The position numbers and the translations under genes are program-made. The notes under the pieces are model-generated. The model was not told the origin of the DNA. It saw nothing but the letters and a program-made list of their open reading frames with translations, and did no database searches. From Chiloscyllium plagiosum (Eukaryota): a DNA stretch of 64,000 nt. Positions 34,774 through 49,200 of this stretch are shown here, one piece after another (position 1 is the stretch's first letter; the number at the start of each line of letters is the position of its first letter). The stretch lies in contig NC_057718.1 in assembly GCF_004010195.1 (NCBI RefSeq), positions 14,463,578-14,527,577 of the forward strand, read 5' to 3'.

Positions 34774-37634
34774 TAATAGGGAAATAATTCCAATAAGAAA
34801 GTTGGTGAAATGATGGGGATTAAAAGGACTGAGTTGTTATGTTCACAAAATAGGGTCAGGTTCAATGGAACAAAGTGCCTTTGCCTTTTCTAACAATTCT
34901 TAAATGACATAAAAGGCAGTATCAGATGTGACACCTCTCAAACATCTCTCCTACTTATCATTGTTTGTTGGAGTTACACCGGGGACAAAGTCTAACCTCC
35001 CTCCCTCTCCAGGAAGAATACAAAAATGGATATTCAAAGCTGATTAATTTTTTACTGGTGTGGCAAGAACATGGAATCCATCTTTCTTACCCAACTGTAC
35101 AAGAACCCTTCATGTCCCTCACGTGTAACCTGAGAAGCATAAGGAATAGAAACAAGAGGTCATTTAGCCCCTTGAGCCTGCTTTGGTCATTCAATGCACT
35201 CTTGGCTGATGATCTGCCCTCAAAACTCTTCCCAAATCCTATCCTGCACCAACAGGTTGCTCTGAAGCCAACATGTAAATACTCAAGTCTGACAGCTATC
35301 ATTATAATGTTACAGTCTCTCCTCTTCATCAGACTGACTGTTCTTTATTATTCTTAACCAACTGCATTGAGTAGAAACTTACACAATAAAATGGTATCTT
35401 ACATTACTTATGGTAAATTTTGAAATTAAGTTCTAATTCAGGCTTTGACCTGCTGTCTAGAGAGAAGAGCTTGATAAATGAAAGCTTTTAAATTTTAACA
35501 CTGCTGAAAGGATTAACACTTCAATCGGCTAAAAACAAATCAACTGCTGAGAAAAGATGTATTTTTATGCCCCTTCTGGAAATTTCCCTTTCCTGATTGG
35601 GTAGTCCGTTACGGAATTTGTGGCCCCTTTGATATTTAATTTGGTCTCACCCTCTATGTAATCCAGATGTCAGTGCAATCGCGTCTGTAACCTGTGTCTC
35701 TCCATGGTTGTTTCAGTTGCGGGCAGTGCAGCAGGTGGGGCTGCCTTATTACAAGGGAGCTGAAGTATTGCAAAGTTTAAAAGACAAGTTGCTTAATTGA
35801 GGTGGGGAAAATCACTTACGTGGGATTAAGGCAGTGTCAAAATTCAAAAGGCCTACAATAACCACATTCTTTGTCATTTCCTCTCCACTTCTGAAGTGCT
35901 GCACACAGACAGACAGTTAAAAACAAAACTCAAGCCAACAAAGAAAACCCCAAACTCAAAACAAAACCCATTGACACTTCTGGTTTTACCCCTGAATGCC
36001 CAGTTTGCTTCCTGGGTTAAAATAGGGGCTACCCTTTGACAGTTTATTCATTAACAAAGAGAATCTAGCACCTTTAATGTCACAAAACATTCCAAGCTAC
36101 CGCGCAGAAGTTATCAAAACCTGACACTTTGCTACAGCAGGAGATATGCAGTCAGATGGAGTCATACAGCACAGAAACAGACCCTTCGGTCCAACTAATC
36201 CATGACCAAAAGCTTGGTGGGAGAGGAAAGGAGTGATTGAGAGGAGGAATGCAAGGCAGAAAGAGATGGAGAAGTGTAGAAGGAGGTTCAACAGCTGTAT
36301 CAGGACTTCTCTGACAAAGCAGCACAGCTGCAGTACTGTGCCAACAGTATCAGCCCAAGCATTCTGAGCTCAGCAGATTTTTCTTGTGAACATCCCTGGC
36401 TAACTTCCTACAAATCAACCTCTAGAGAACCAAACAATAACTCACTGAGGTCACAGTACCTGACCCCGTCGCTTGTTTTGCACATTTCCTTAATTGGAGA
36501 TACCACTGTCAGGGATTAGTAGCACAGTTCCTGATTCCACTTCAGCTGGGGATCGAGCATTCATCAAATGATTTTATTTTGGTGAGCCAATTCTTTTGTT
36601 GAACACGAAACAAGTGAGAATATTCTTACACTCCTGTCTTGAATTGGAACACCTGCAGGTTACAAAGTGTTGACACTGCCTCACTAACGTAACGGTGTTG
36701 TGAGCTCCCAGCAGCTTGCTCTACAGCACTGCAGGCACCTTTTCAGCTCTCAGCTATGGTTAGGCTTGTGGAGCCGCACCCACTGACCCCTTTCAGGTGG
36801 CATTAGGGCAACAGGCAGCTAGTGAACTGTAAGGGCATGTTCAAAGCATCTTGCATGCATCAACTGCGACACAATCTCATGGTGAGCAACTCCCAACAGC
36901 AGGACGTTCAGACTGCGTCTGGCTGATTGAACCTTTTGTATATCTGAATTGGATATGAGCTTCCTAAAAACAAAAAGACAACAAACTGCAGGATTCCAGC
37001 AACATTCAAGGTATTTCTCGGGATCTGGATTCTGACAGTGAATACTCAGACGCAGGAGTTGCTATGGAAATGGGATGCCATCTTCAGCAAGAGCAGACTC
37101 TGTGAAATTTGTCTTTAAGCCTGCTGACATCCAAAGCAAGTACTTCAGTCTGCTCGCAGGCACGCGGGGGTGATTTATAATTAATAATGGTTGACTGCTT
37201 CGTGTCATACTGAGGTTAATCTGCAGGTTGGGAGTGCACATACCCTCATCAATGGTGTACATACCCTCAATGCCTTGATACAACACCCTGTGGTTCATTG
37301 CATTGTGCTTTTCAATTATTTAGTGAAGGAAATTAGAGTTTCTCACTGTGGGAGCATTGGGAGGGGGGTGTTGGTCCTTAATGCGATAGTGTTTGATGAG
37401 CTCACCTGATACTTGCAGCCGCTGAATTGGCATTGGAGGAGATCTCAAACATCACAAAGGGCAGGGGCAAATGGGCAGGTAGCAATGAGCTGCCACGTGG
37501 TGGGTGATGAACTGTATCAGATTGTGCCTGGCCTAGTTCAAAGTGGGCAGCTCGCTGTCAGCAGATGCTTGAATTCTCATCCTTGACCCCTGTGTGATTC
37601 CATCCAAAAGATAGCTTGATGGAAATAAAAGTTC

Positions 37635-38175
37635 CTCAGGAACAGGGGAACAGGAGTAGGTCATTCTGTCCATTGAGTCTACCCCGCCATTCAATGTGAT
37701 CAGGGCTGATTGTACACTTCAATGTCTTTTACCCACCTCCCCTCCACTCCCCGCATAATCCTTGGTGCTATTGGTGATCAGAAATCTCTCAAACTCTCCC
37801 TTAAATATACTCAAGGACTGAGCTGCCACTGCACTCTGTGGTAGAGAACTCCAAAGGTTTACTGCACTCTGAGTAAAAAAAAAATCCTCCTATCTCAAAG
37901 TTAGGTGGCATCTCAATTGTTTTTAAAATGTGCCCCGGGCTGTAGACTCCACAAGCAGGGCAATACCTGCATTTAGCCTTTAGGTATTTTGTAGGTTTTA
38001 GTGAGATCACCTCTCACTCTCTAGAGTTTCGAAGAATACAGGTCAGTTTGCCATTTGTAGGACAATAAGTCATCCTGAGAACAAGTTTGGTGAACTGTCG
38101 TTGCAATCCCTGTATGGCATCAGAGACAAGGTTACCAAACCTTCACACAGTACTGCCAATGCATTCTAACTGCAG
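37635..38175 (-). mobile_element. Decayed CR1/L2 LINE 3' fragment
   Basis: aggagtaggtcattc tail family shared with 16320, 47010 and 48615. Confidence 0.6.
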
Positions 38176-38179
38176 TCTA

Positions 38180-38505
38180 ACAACACTCAGTGGTTAACAC
38201 TGCTGCCTCACAGCACCAGGGACCCAGGTTTGATTCCCGCCTCAGGCGACTGTCTGTGTGGAGTTTGTACATTCTCCATTTGTCTGCAAGGGTTTCCTCC
38301 AGGTGCTCCGGTTTCCTCCCACAATCCAAAGATGTGCAGGTCAGGTGAATTGGCCATGCTAAATTGCCCACAGCATTAGGTGCATTAGTCAGAGGTAAGT
38401 ATAGGGTTGGGGAATGGATCTGGGTGGGTTACTCTTCGGAGGGTCAGTGTGGACTTGTTGGGCCGAAGGGCCTGTTTCCATACTGTAGAGAATCTAATCT
38501 AATCT
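38180..38505 (+). mobile_element. HE1-type SINE
   Basis: Head, core and (aatct)n tail. Confidence 0.88.
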
Positions 38506-38572
38506 CACACTCCCACATAATTCAAACAAGATCTCACCACTCCTCTACTCAAATCCTCTTGCGATTCCTAAT

Positions 38573-38775
38573 AAAAAACAGAGAACTGCAGATGCCAGAA
38601 ATCTGAAACAAAAACAGAAGTTGCTGGAGAAACTCAGCAGGCCTGACTGCGTCTGTAGGGAGAAAGCAGTCAAAGTTCTGAGTCCAGTGACTATTCATTA
38701 GAATACTGGATCTGAAACGATAACTCTGCTTTCTCTCCAGATGAAGTTCCTTCAGCAATTTGTGTTTTTGTTTCC
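38573..38775. mobile_element. PLE family C inverted pair, hammerheads decayed
   Basis: A minus arm followed by a plus arm (ctggatctGAAACgataactctgctttctctcc). Confidence 0.6.
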
Positions 38776-39112
38776 TCTGACAATTCCATTGGCCTTCCCA
38801 ATCATTTGCTGCACCGACATGTTAGCCTTCAGTGCCTTATTAACAAAGACAACTAGGTCCCTTTGTAAATCCACACTGTCCAAACTCTTTCTATTTAGAG
38901 AATACTCTGCACAGCTGTTTCTCTGACCAAAATGGATAACCCCACATTCTTCCACATTATATTCCAACTGCCTCATTCTTATTCAATGACTAAGCCTGGG
39001 TAAAGCCTCTTGAAGCCACTTCACATTTTCTTTAGAACACACATTCCCATTTAGTTTTGTTTTCAAAACTTTGGAAATGTTACATTCAACCCACACCTTC
39101 AAATAATCAGTA

Positions 39113-39339
39113 CAGATAGCTCTTCTACAGCGCGGTGGTTGTGTTCTTGTGCAACCCTGTGTTATAGAAAAAAACGCGCTTTAGATCCAGCACTTTAAAT
39201 GTTGGCAATATAATCGCATTACAACCAACACACGATTTGAAAGTTCACACTTTAGAAACAGTGCCCTCAATACAACAATCCCATTATAGCAAATTTGCAT
39301 TAACAAAACGACCTGTTAACATTACAGCAGAACGACCTG
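39113..39339 (-). mobile_element. Tigger/pogo-like MITE inserted in a minus-strand CR1 RT fragment (about 38780-39535)
   Basis: TA TSD and CAG/CTG ends. Homologous to 34561-34773. Confidence 0.7.
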
Positions 39340-40251
39340 TATTTACTGCGAAGAGCTGGGGCCCAAGTACTGATCCTTGTGGGAACCCACTAGTCACAAC
39401 CTGTCAATATGAGAATAACTCATTTATTCTGACTCCCTGTTTTCGGACTGTTAGTCAATAATTAATCCATGTATTTTAATGTTTTTAACCAGCCTTTTCT
39501 GGGGGAGCTTTATCAAAAGCCTTCTGAAAATTTATGCTCTACTTTATCAAGCTTGTTTGTAATATCTTTGAAAACCTCCCAACATGTTCATCAAACCAGT
39601 CATTCCTGGGGCTTTTCATGGAGCTTCTGCCATTAACTGACAAAGGAGCATGGTTCCCCGTCCAATAAGGCACAGTGAATGGGGGCTCAAATCCCAATGG
39701 CCAATAAGATGTTGTGCAGTTCAAGATGTGTATGGGCAGCCCACAGTAGAGGGCAAGTAGCTGATGCAGGGTGCTTGTCAATATGGAGACTCCTTCTCAC
39801 AATGACTTTAAAAGGTTACTGAGGAACTGGTTTGAGTGGCCAGGTCACTATTGTAATCCCCTGCAGGGCATTCCCCCATATCCAGGGAACACCAATAGGG
39901 CTGCTGCTGAGTGTCTGCCTCTGGGTAAGTAAATTTACCCCTGTGGGGACGAATGGAAAGCCACAGTTGTCCTCCTTTGGTGGCACTGAGCAAGGGTCTT
40001 TACAATCTCATCAGTCACCCATCACCTGGGACAGGGTAACTCTGCTGGATACGACCCCGCAGAAAAGCCCAGTGCCAGGATTTTCATTTCATTCATTTCA
40101 TGAGATTTAGGTGTCCCCAGTAAGGCAGCTTCAGTTGTTCATTTTAAATTACACTCTGAGAGGCCTAAAGACTATTTCAGAGATCGTTTTCGGGTCAACC
40201 ACATTGTCATGGATCTGGAATCACATGGAGGCCAGACTAGGTAAGGATTGC

Positions 40252-40287
<36 letters not shown>

Positions 40288-40470
40288 TGTGTGTGAGTGT
40301 GAGTGTGTGTGAGTGAGAGTTTGTAAATATGTGAGGCATGTGTGAGAATGTGAGTGTACATTAATGAGCCTGTGAGACAGAGTGTGTGCATTTCAGTGTC
40401 TGTGTATGAGTGAGTGTGAATGAGTGTGTATGTATCAGTGTGAAAGTGTGTGCATGAGTGAGAATGTGCA
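40252..40470. repeat. (GA)n/(GT)n-derived low-complexity tract
   Basis: Directly visible. Confidence 0.9.
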
Positions 40471-41467
40471 GTAGTTGGGGGTGGGCTGGGTTCACCATGA
40501 ACGAAGACATGGAGGGGCTGGAGGAGGAAAGTTAGCAGGTGTGCACTGTCATTTTTCCACATTGCAGGGAGAGTATGACATTCAGTCATTACACGGAGTG
40601 ATCATCAATTCTGACAACTGACCAGAGAGGAATAAGAGTTACATAATTAACAAGAGAGTAAGGATTGTGAGTCAATGGCTTTAATATTTTAAAATAGAAT
40701 TATAAAGAAATCAAGAACCTAATGTAGAATTTAGTTTTGTACGAAGTAAAACAAATTAGAGTCAATATCAGTGAACTGTTTCTATTAAACACATTATATA
40801 AATTCTATATTATTACCTAAAATGCATTATATACACTGATTGTCTCAGGAGATTATTTATTCATTGCCTTATATTATGAGCCCAGTATAACTACACCTCT
40901 AGCTTCCTGTGTGGCAGTGTCGGGAGGTGGGAGATTCCCAATGAGTCTGCACATAATATCCCTAAATTTCCTCGGAGTCATCCCTAGTCTGTGGAATTCT
41001 TTCCCCCAGTGGGCAGTGGGGGCTGGATCCCTGAAAACATTCAACACCGCATTAGACAGAGTTTTCCAACTCCCAAGAGAGTTAAGGGAGATATGGGCAT
41101 AGGAAGGTGACAGGTGGGAAAGAATGAGGCAGCCAAGGTCACATTAAGATCAGTTGTGGCCTTTACTGAGCAGGGAAACAGGCCTCTGGGGGTTATACTC
41201 CTGCTACTGTTCAACCTATTCCCATTTCCCTCAGCTGCTTCTCTAGTTTGCATTGAGTGCAGCCAAGTTACTTGCCTCAGTGCTTCCTCATGGGAGCAAG
41301 TTCCGTAATCTAACCCCTTTCTGGGTAAGCATATCTACCTGAAAGAGTTTGGTAGCTTTCTGTCTAACCATCACTTACACCAGCCTGCCCCTTCAAACCA
41401 CTCCAACAACCAGTACATCTTCCAGCTTGCACTACCTCGGAGATCCAGAGGGTGATATGGGATCGAG

Positions 41468-41625
41468 CACAGAGCATGCTGGAGAAACTCAGCAGGTCTC
41501 ATAGCTTCTGTCAAGCAAAAAACAGTTAACGTTTCAAATCCAGTTTAACTCTTGTACATAATGAGCTTCTCCAGCATTCTCTGCGCTTGTTTCAGATTTC
41601 CAGCATCTGCAGTCTTTTTCTTTTA
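41468..41625. mobile_element. PLE family C inverted pair, decayed
   Basis: tgctggagaaactca arm versus tgagcttctccagca arm. Confidence 0.55.
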
Positions 41626-42806
41626 CTTGGGTGATACAGGATTCCCCTGACTATTCCTATTGTGAAAGTGTGAAGCCACAAAAAGCAATTCCGGATGAAA
41701 GGGAATCATATGATTTCCTGAAGGTGAGAACTTCTTCAGCCCTGCAAGGATGTCACACCTCTTCTGGACAGTGGTGATCAGATCTCGTTTCTACTTCTCA
41801 CCAGAGAACCTGTGGAAAAAACAGCTCTTCCAACGTCAGAAAATCTGGGAATTAAACTCCCAATTGGTCAGGAAGATTCCCTGGATTGTAAGATTATCAA
41901 TGGACTGCAGGGGCTGGAGAAACAGGACCCCTACACACAAAATGTTGCCATGTCCTGCAATAAATCAGACCTGGATATAATTTGCCGGACGTGTTTGTGG
42001 AATGTGACATGCCTTCTCATTATATTTGAAAACCTAAAGATGTGGCTCTACTCCAAACGGTTTTTGCTCAAGTTCCATGTCAGGCCTGTACAGCCTTGAA
42101 CAGAAGTGGGGAGGCAGTCAGTGAATGGCCAGACGCCATAACCATTGCTCTTTTCCAAATGGTGGGCAACTTCTCAAGGCTCAATCAGAGGTCACCGCCA
42201 CGGGACAGGAGAGGGTGACGGTGCTTCAGACTGGAGGTGACCTCTCTCCAACTGCTTTGAGGATTAATTAAACGATGGCCTTTTTCCGTCTGGGTCACCG
42301 AGGTTGGTGGAGGAGGAACTTGCACCATTTGGTCACCTCCAGTCAGCAAGCACTGAAGGCCTAATGGACAAGCCTCTTTCAATACGCTCAAAGTGTTCCA
42401 GCACAAAAGCAAACTGGTACTTGCCTAATGTCCTGGATGCTCATTCTGTTTCATCATTGCTATCAAAAAGAAATGACTGATTCGAGACTTTACAAATGGC
42501 CATGTTAAAATAACAACTGTGGAAAGGCCAACGGCATCATTTAAATGAGCTGGCAATTAGTACAATGTGAGGTTCAACTTAGAGCAAAGAGATCCTGGTG
42601 GCCATACTTAATATCTGCACCCTGTCCCGTTCCTTGTGAACATATTCCAATAAACAGTGCGGTCATTTTGTTATATTTTACAATATATTGTGACTTTAGA
42701 ACTGGTGATAGCAGTCTTACCCTTGTGAGGGAAGAGGAAGTAGAGAAGGGGAGGTATTACAATTGTTATGGACAACAATGCCAAGGGATCTAGGTAACAG
42801 ATTGAT

Positions 42807-43780
42807 TGAGTCATAGAGTCATAGAGATGTACAGAATGGAAACAGACCCTTAGATCCAACTCATTCATACTCTAGATATCCTAAATTAATTTAGTTCTAT
42901 TTGTATTTGGCCCATATCCTGCCGAATCCTTCTTATTCATGTACCTATCCAGATGCTTTTTAAATGTTGTAACTGTACCAGCTTCCACCACTTCCTCTGG
43001 CAGCTCATTCCATACACACACCACCCTTTGTGTGATAAAGTTGCTCCTTAGGTCCCTTTTAAATCTCTCCCCTCTCATCCTAAACCTCTAGTTCTAGACT
43101 CCCCCACCTCAGGGAAAAGACCTTGTCTATTGACCCTATCGATGCCCCTCATGATTTTATAAACCTCTATAAGGTCATCCCTTAGCCTCCAACACTCCAG
43201 GGAAAACAGCCCCAGCCTCTTGCTATAGCACAAACTCTCCAATCCTGGCAACATCCTTGTAAATCTGTTCTGAATCCTTTCAAATTTTACAACATCCTTC
43301 CTATAGGAGGGAAACCAGAATTACAGGATCAACTGCTCAATAGCATTTGATCCATGATATCCTTGACTCCTAAGGTTGTAAAAGGGTAACATTTATTTTA
43401 ATGTCACAAAGGCTGGTACAAAGTAAATATTGTAGGAGTCAAACCTGAGGTTAACGTGTTCCCAACTGTCTTTGTTGTAATGCAGGTCATAGAGTCATAG
43501 ATTTGTACAGCACAGAAACAGACCCTTCAGTCCAACCAGACAACCTAAATTAATTTAGTCCAATTTGCCAGTATTTGGCCCATATCCCTCTGAATCCTTC
43601 CTATTCATGCACCCATCCAGATGCCTTTTAAGTGTTGTAATTGTACCAGCCTCCATCACTTCCTTTGGCAGCTCATTCCATATACACAACACCCTTTGTG
43701 TGAAAAAGTTGCCTATTGGGTCCCTTTTAAATCTTTCCTCTCTCACCTTAAACCCTCTAACTTTGGATTCCCCCACACTG
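42807..43780 (-). mobile_element. Two CR1/HER1 3' fragments (42807-43325 and 43485-43780)
   Basis: (gagtcata)n tails and the NFFTQRV.C.WNELP motif. Confidence 0.88.
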
Positions 43781-44312
43781 TAACCAGTTGTTGTCATAAT
43801 AATAAACTTTCTATTGTTTACAGAGCAAGGCTCTTCTAGTTAGACCTGAAACATGGCTGTCCTCATCCACTCAATACCACTTCTGGTACACACAAAACAT
43901 GGCAAACAGCAACATGGTGACAACCCTGCCACATCTTGGCGACCAGCCCCATTTCTAAATGGTGCCAACAAAGAGAAATTGGACTCAACACCTTCACAAG
44001 AAAAAGGGGAGAAAAAGATATGCTGGGGTCAGAGTACTTCAAGACAGACATTGCAAACCCCACAAACTTAGTGGCAACACTCGACACAGAGGAATATTTG
44101 AGAATGACACGGAAGACCTTTCAGATCTGATAGGTTTACGGAATAGAGGTCGGACCAAGAGGCACTGGTTTGTCAGAGTGGGTTGAGTGAGTGAATAGAC
44201 CAGACATTGAGGACTGTGAGAGTTAAAGCTGAAAACTGTGTGCACAGAAAGGGGAAGCCTTAGAATGGCACCATAACCCAGACTGAAAGGGCAGCTCTGA
44301 TCATGTATCATC

Positions 44313-44700
44313 TTGTTAGAGAGAAAAAGGTTGAGAGGTGACTTAATTGAGACATATAAGATAATCGGAGGGTTAGATAGGTTGGACAGTGAGAGCCTTT
44401 TACCTTGGATGGCAATGGCTAGCACGAGGGGACTTAGCTTTGAACTGAGGGGTGATATATGTAGGACAGATGTCAGAGGTAGTTTCTTTACTCAGAGAGT
44501 AGTACGGGTGTGGAACGCACTGCCTGCAACAGTACTAGACTCGCCAACTTTGAGGGCATTTAAATGGTCATTGGATAGGCATATGGATGAGAATGGAATA
44601 GTGTAGGTTAGATGGGCTTCAGACTGGTTTCACAGGTCGGCGCAACATTGAGGGCCGAAGAGCAAGAGCCTGTACTGAGCTGTAATGTTCTATGATCTAT
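44313..44700 (+). mobile_element. CR1 3' fragment (same subfamily as 9671-12348)
   Basis: RLRGDLIETYK...SFFTQRVVRVWNALP and aatgttctatg tail. Confidence 0.9.
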
Positions 44701-44730
44701 CAGAGACACAGCATTTAGATTCCAGTAAAT

Positions 44731-45359
44731 TGTCACAAAGCTGATCCCTTTTTTCTAAAAGCTGTTCCTTTTCTCAAGGATACTTTGTCCGTGGGTTTTT
44801 TTCAGAGGGGTCATAAATGGGCGGGGCTCTGATTAGACTAGATTGATACAGAGATGAAAAGGATTTTGATAAGCCTTTTGTTCATACATAAACAGATGAA
44901 ACCTCAGGCCACAGAGGTCATGTTTTCGAAGTGACCTGTATAATGAAAGGGGAGTGATCAGCTCTCGAGCTGAGCAGTTCAGTCCAGAACTAGTTGGGAG
45001 TTCAACAGTGAGCTGTGTGGAAACAAACTCTCTCTCTCCTTCTGCCCTTCTAACTTCAACCTGGAAGCATTTGTTCCATTTTTTACTGTTTTTTGAGGAG
45101 GTTTACTTATTGGGACTCTTGTGAAAATTCGGGACAGCATAATTAAGTCTAGTTTAGATAGACTGAGTTCTGTAAGGGTTCTTTGTGTTTCATTGTGTAA
45201 TTTTGTAAACATATTTTTGTCTGTTTTAAAACCTGGTAGTCAACCTCGCTAACTTACTCCAGGTAATTTTCACTGTACACTTATCGAAACAAATTACAAA
45301 GTTGTGGTCTGGGCTGCCTGCTTAAGAATATTTTGAGTGGTCTGGCCTAGTCCATAACA
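44731..45359 (+). mobile_element. Solo LTR, second copy (no TSD visible)
   Basis: TGTCAC...ATAACA, colinear with 5504-6267. Confidence 0.8.
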
Positions 45360-46079
45360 TCAGAGCTGTAAAAACAATACTAGGAAAGTCTAAAGAAAGG
45401 AGCAGAGAGTGGAGCAAATCACTTACTGAGACACTTAAAGCAGATGTACGTGGTCAATTTCGATTTAGATTTTATTGCCAAGTGTACTCAAGTATAGGGG
45501 TACAAGAGCACAGTGCAAAGCATCTAATGCTGCCACACAAGGTGCAACCTTCGGTACAAGGGTACCTAGGTACAAAAACCTCAGGTACAAAGGAGTAAAA
45601 TAAATAAAACTAAGAAGTTGAACATTACAAAGCTTCATAGAATAAATAGAAAATAAAGAGATAAGGTAATAGTTAACATAAAGTCCTTTTTAATATAAAC
45701 TGGAAAAATAAAGGAATAAAGTTGAAAGTTCAACAGTCTTTGATGAGCGCTTAATTCGTGTTCAATTCGGATCTAAGGTAGAAATTCTTTCAGAAGGCAA
45801 GGAAAACATAGTGGATTCTTAGTGAGGTCCTGGAGTCCAGAAAAATACTGATGGTTGCAAATGGTGGGAAAGTCCTCCAGTACATGAGCAAAGCAGATGA
45901 GAACCACTGTTACTTCAGAATAAGAATCTTTAAAGAAGATAAAATTCCGAAACACAAAGAAACAGTGTTGCTAGGAAGATTTAATTGCAGCACTGACCAA
46001 ACAAAACACCAAATTCTGTAGAAAACATCCTGTAGAAAACAATTCTTGAACTCTTAGAATAATTTCTCAGCTGGATTGT

Positions 46080-47000
46080 AAGGCAGAAACTGAACAAGTA
46101 AATGCACCTCTGTACAGAAGTGGTAGTGTGGCAGGGAATGTTATTACTTGTCAAGGGATAAATGAAATGTCAGGCAAGTTTGAAGAGGCAATGAAATCTT
46201 TCACTGTTATTTGAAATTGGAAATAATAACATTCTTGAAAGAACGGATTTAACAGAAGAATATGGCATCCAGGGAAATCTATAGGTGATTTAATTAAAGA
46301 TCACAACAGATTAACACTGAGATGAGAATAGCAATTCATCGTCAGACTTCATAAGAATGAACTGTTGTAGACATTATTGATGATCCTTTGTCAGACTTAT
46401 TATAGTCAACAAGTGTGGCGCTGGAAAAGCACAGCAGGTGTGTGTGTGCACACCCCTGTGTGGTGGAGAGAAAGTGTCCAAAGATGTATTCATTCCAGAG
46501 AAAACCATTCAGATACTGAATTATTCAAATATGTGGAAGCTAAATGGATCCTCCTTCAGAGGAAAACACAAAACTTGGCATGGGAGATCTGTGGTGCATA
46601 TTAATTTCTTAAAGTTCAATACAACAAAGGATGCACCACATAATGCCATTGCAGCTGGTCAGATGACAATAAGCACTGGAAACACTTGTGAACACGGTAG
46701 AGCAAAGTAATCTCATAGGTATAAACACTGCCAGCTTTAAAAACCAAATGCCTAATTGCAAGAAAGTAAAATACTTTCTGAAAATGTGCTGAAGCAGGAC
46801 ACTGCCATAGAAAACCAAAACGTCAAAGAACTATTCAGATAAAGAGATAAAATAGGTGGAACAAATCCCTGGAGGAGAATTTCTCGGGGAAATCAGTGAA
46901 CAAGACCAGGCAATTTGCCTTGTAGATATTTATGTTAATGGGCACCTCACAAATTTCAAGTTAGAAATAAAAGCAAGTGTCACAATATTATCAGAGACCA
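46080..47000 (+). mobile_element. Decayed Gypsy/Ty3 gag-protease remnant
   Basis: EQVNAPLY gag-like start, decayed zinc knuckle near 46750-46790, and VDIYVNGHLTNFKLEIKASVTILSE (FKLDTGASVT-like retropepsin) from 46922. Confidence 0.7.
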
Positions 47001-47009
47001 AGTCTTAAA

Positions 47010-49200
47010 GACATAAGAACAAAAGATACAGGAAGTGAAGTAAGCCATTCAGCCCATTAAGCCTGCCCTGCTCTTCTATAAGCTCATGGAAGTTCTGCTC
47101 CAGGCTTCAACTCCTCTTTCATACCAGCTCTTTGTAACCCTTGACTTCTCAATATTTCTGAAGTCTACTTATTTGGTCATTAAACACTTTCAGTGATCTA
47201 ACCTCCACAACTCTCTGGGGAAGAGAAGACCAGACATTAACTACTCCATGTAAGAAGAAATACGTCCACTTCTCAGTTTGAGATGAGGATCCCCTTATTC
47301 TGTAACTGAGCCCTGAATTCCAGATGCCTGCATTGGTTGCCATCATATTGACATTCCTCTTGTCAAGCCCCCTCACATCTTATTTGTTTCAATAAGATCA
47401 CCCCATATCTTTCAAAACTCAAATGAATAAAGACATAATCTACTCTTGATAAGTCCTTTTCATCACAGGAATCAGTCTGGACAGTATCTTTTGAACCCCC
47501 CAATGCCAATGTATGCTTTCTTAAATACATGGATCAAAACTGTATACAGTTCTCACACACACCCTGTACAATTGTAATAAGACTTTCCTGTGTTGAAACT
47601 CCAACCTCCTCACAATATAGGCCAGAATTCAATTTACCCCCTGAATTATTTGCTGAAGCTCCATTCTAAAGTTTTGTAGTTCATGCACAAGATCACCCAG
47701 ATCCCTCTGTGCTGCTGTTTTTTTTGAAGTCACTCTCCTTTTAATTAACAGCCTGCCTTCTCATTCTTCCTACCAGATGCTCATCTGGATTGCTTGAATT
47801 CACCTCACACTTTCTCACCAGAAGCTCCATCTGTCAGGTTTTTGCCTACCCATTCAACTTGTCTATATCCCCATGCACATTCCTTATGCCCTCAGTATAA
47901 CATGCCTTCCCACCTACTTTTGTGTCATCAGCAAATTTGGATACATTATGCTCTGCCCCTCCTCCAAGTCACTAATATAGATTGTAAATAATTGAGACCC
48001 TAAAAGTGATGATGGTGCCATTCCACAAATTGAGTATTTCGAACCTGAAAAAGACCCATTAATTCCACTGTCTCTGTCTGATGACCAATATTCAAATCAC
48101 GTTAATGCAGAACCCCCCCCAGTACTGTGAGTTCCGATCTTGTACCTTTTATATGACACCTGTTTGATGCTTCTGGAAATCCAAATACACCATTCCCAAT
48201 GGTTCCCCTTTATCAACTCTGCTTGTTATATCCTCAAAGAACTCGCGCAAGCTTGTAAAACATGATCTCCCTTTCACAAAACTACACTGATGTTATTTTA
48301 TTGTGTTAAGCTTGTTCTTCCTTAATAATAGACTGTGGCATTTTCCCACTTCCTTTTCCTTTTTGCTGATTTTTCTGGAATGAAGAATACTCTTGAATAC
48401 GGAGTTCCTAGTCTTCTTCACCCTGCAACCATGTCCCTGCAACAGCCATCAATTCAAATTAATTTATTACCATTTGTGCTGTCCGCTCATCTATCTTGTT
48501 AAATAACTTGTGTAACCAAATCAAGAGCCTTAAATTTTGACATTTTACCATTTTTCTTTGGTTCTAACTTCTGTTGCACTGTTCTGCTTCAATCTTCTGC
48601 CCCTTCCTGTTTTAACGTAAGATGTAGGAGCAGAAATAGGCCATTCAGCCCATTGAATCTGCTCCAACATTCGATGAGATCATGGCTGACCTAATAATCC
48701 CTTAGCTCCACTTGCCATGTCTCCACACTGATTAAAAATCATCTCTCTTTGCCTTGAATACAATTAATGACCCAGCCTTGACAATCCTCTACAATAAAGA
48801 ATTCCACAGATTCATTCTCCTCACCACTTGCCTTCCCATCTATTTCTTTGTCATCTGTAAACCTGACCATGGCACATTCACCTCCCTTATCTTGTCAGTA
48901 ACTGCGGGCCCAGGACTGATCCCTGTGGCACTCTGCTAGTTACATGTTATCATCCTGAAAACCCCCCTCTTATCCAAACTCTACCAATTAGCCAATTCTC
49001 TATCCATGTTAACACACTACCCTCAACACTATAGGTTCTTATTAACAAGTGATTCCTTATCAAATAGCTTCTGGAAATCCAAATATATTACATCCACCAC
49101 TTCCCCTTTATCTATCCTGCTTGTTACCTCTTCAAATAATTCTAGTAAATTCGTCATGATTTTCCCTTCATGAAGCCATGCTGGATTTGTTTGCATATAT
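47010..49200 (-). mobile_element. Two decayed CR1/L2 LINE fragments
   Basis: Tails at about 47010 and 48615. FADD-like motif (tcatcagcaaa) near 47925. Confidence 0.7.

Noticed and set aside
5504..45359. The two LTRs as ends of one provirus
   Set aside because: They are 39 kb apart with SMYD3 exons between them, and the first has its own TSD.
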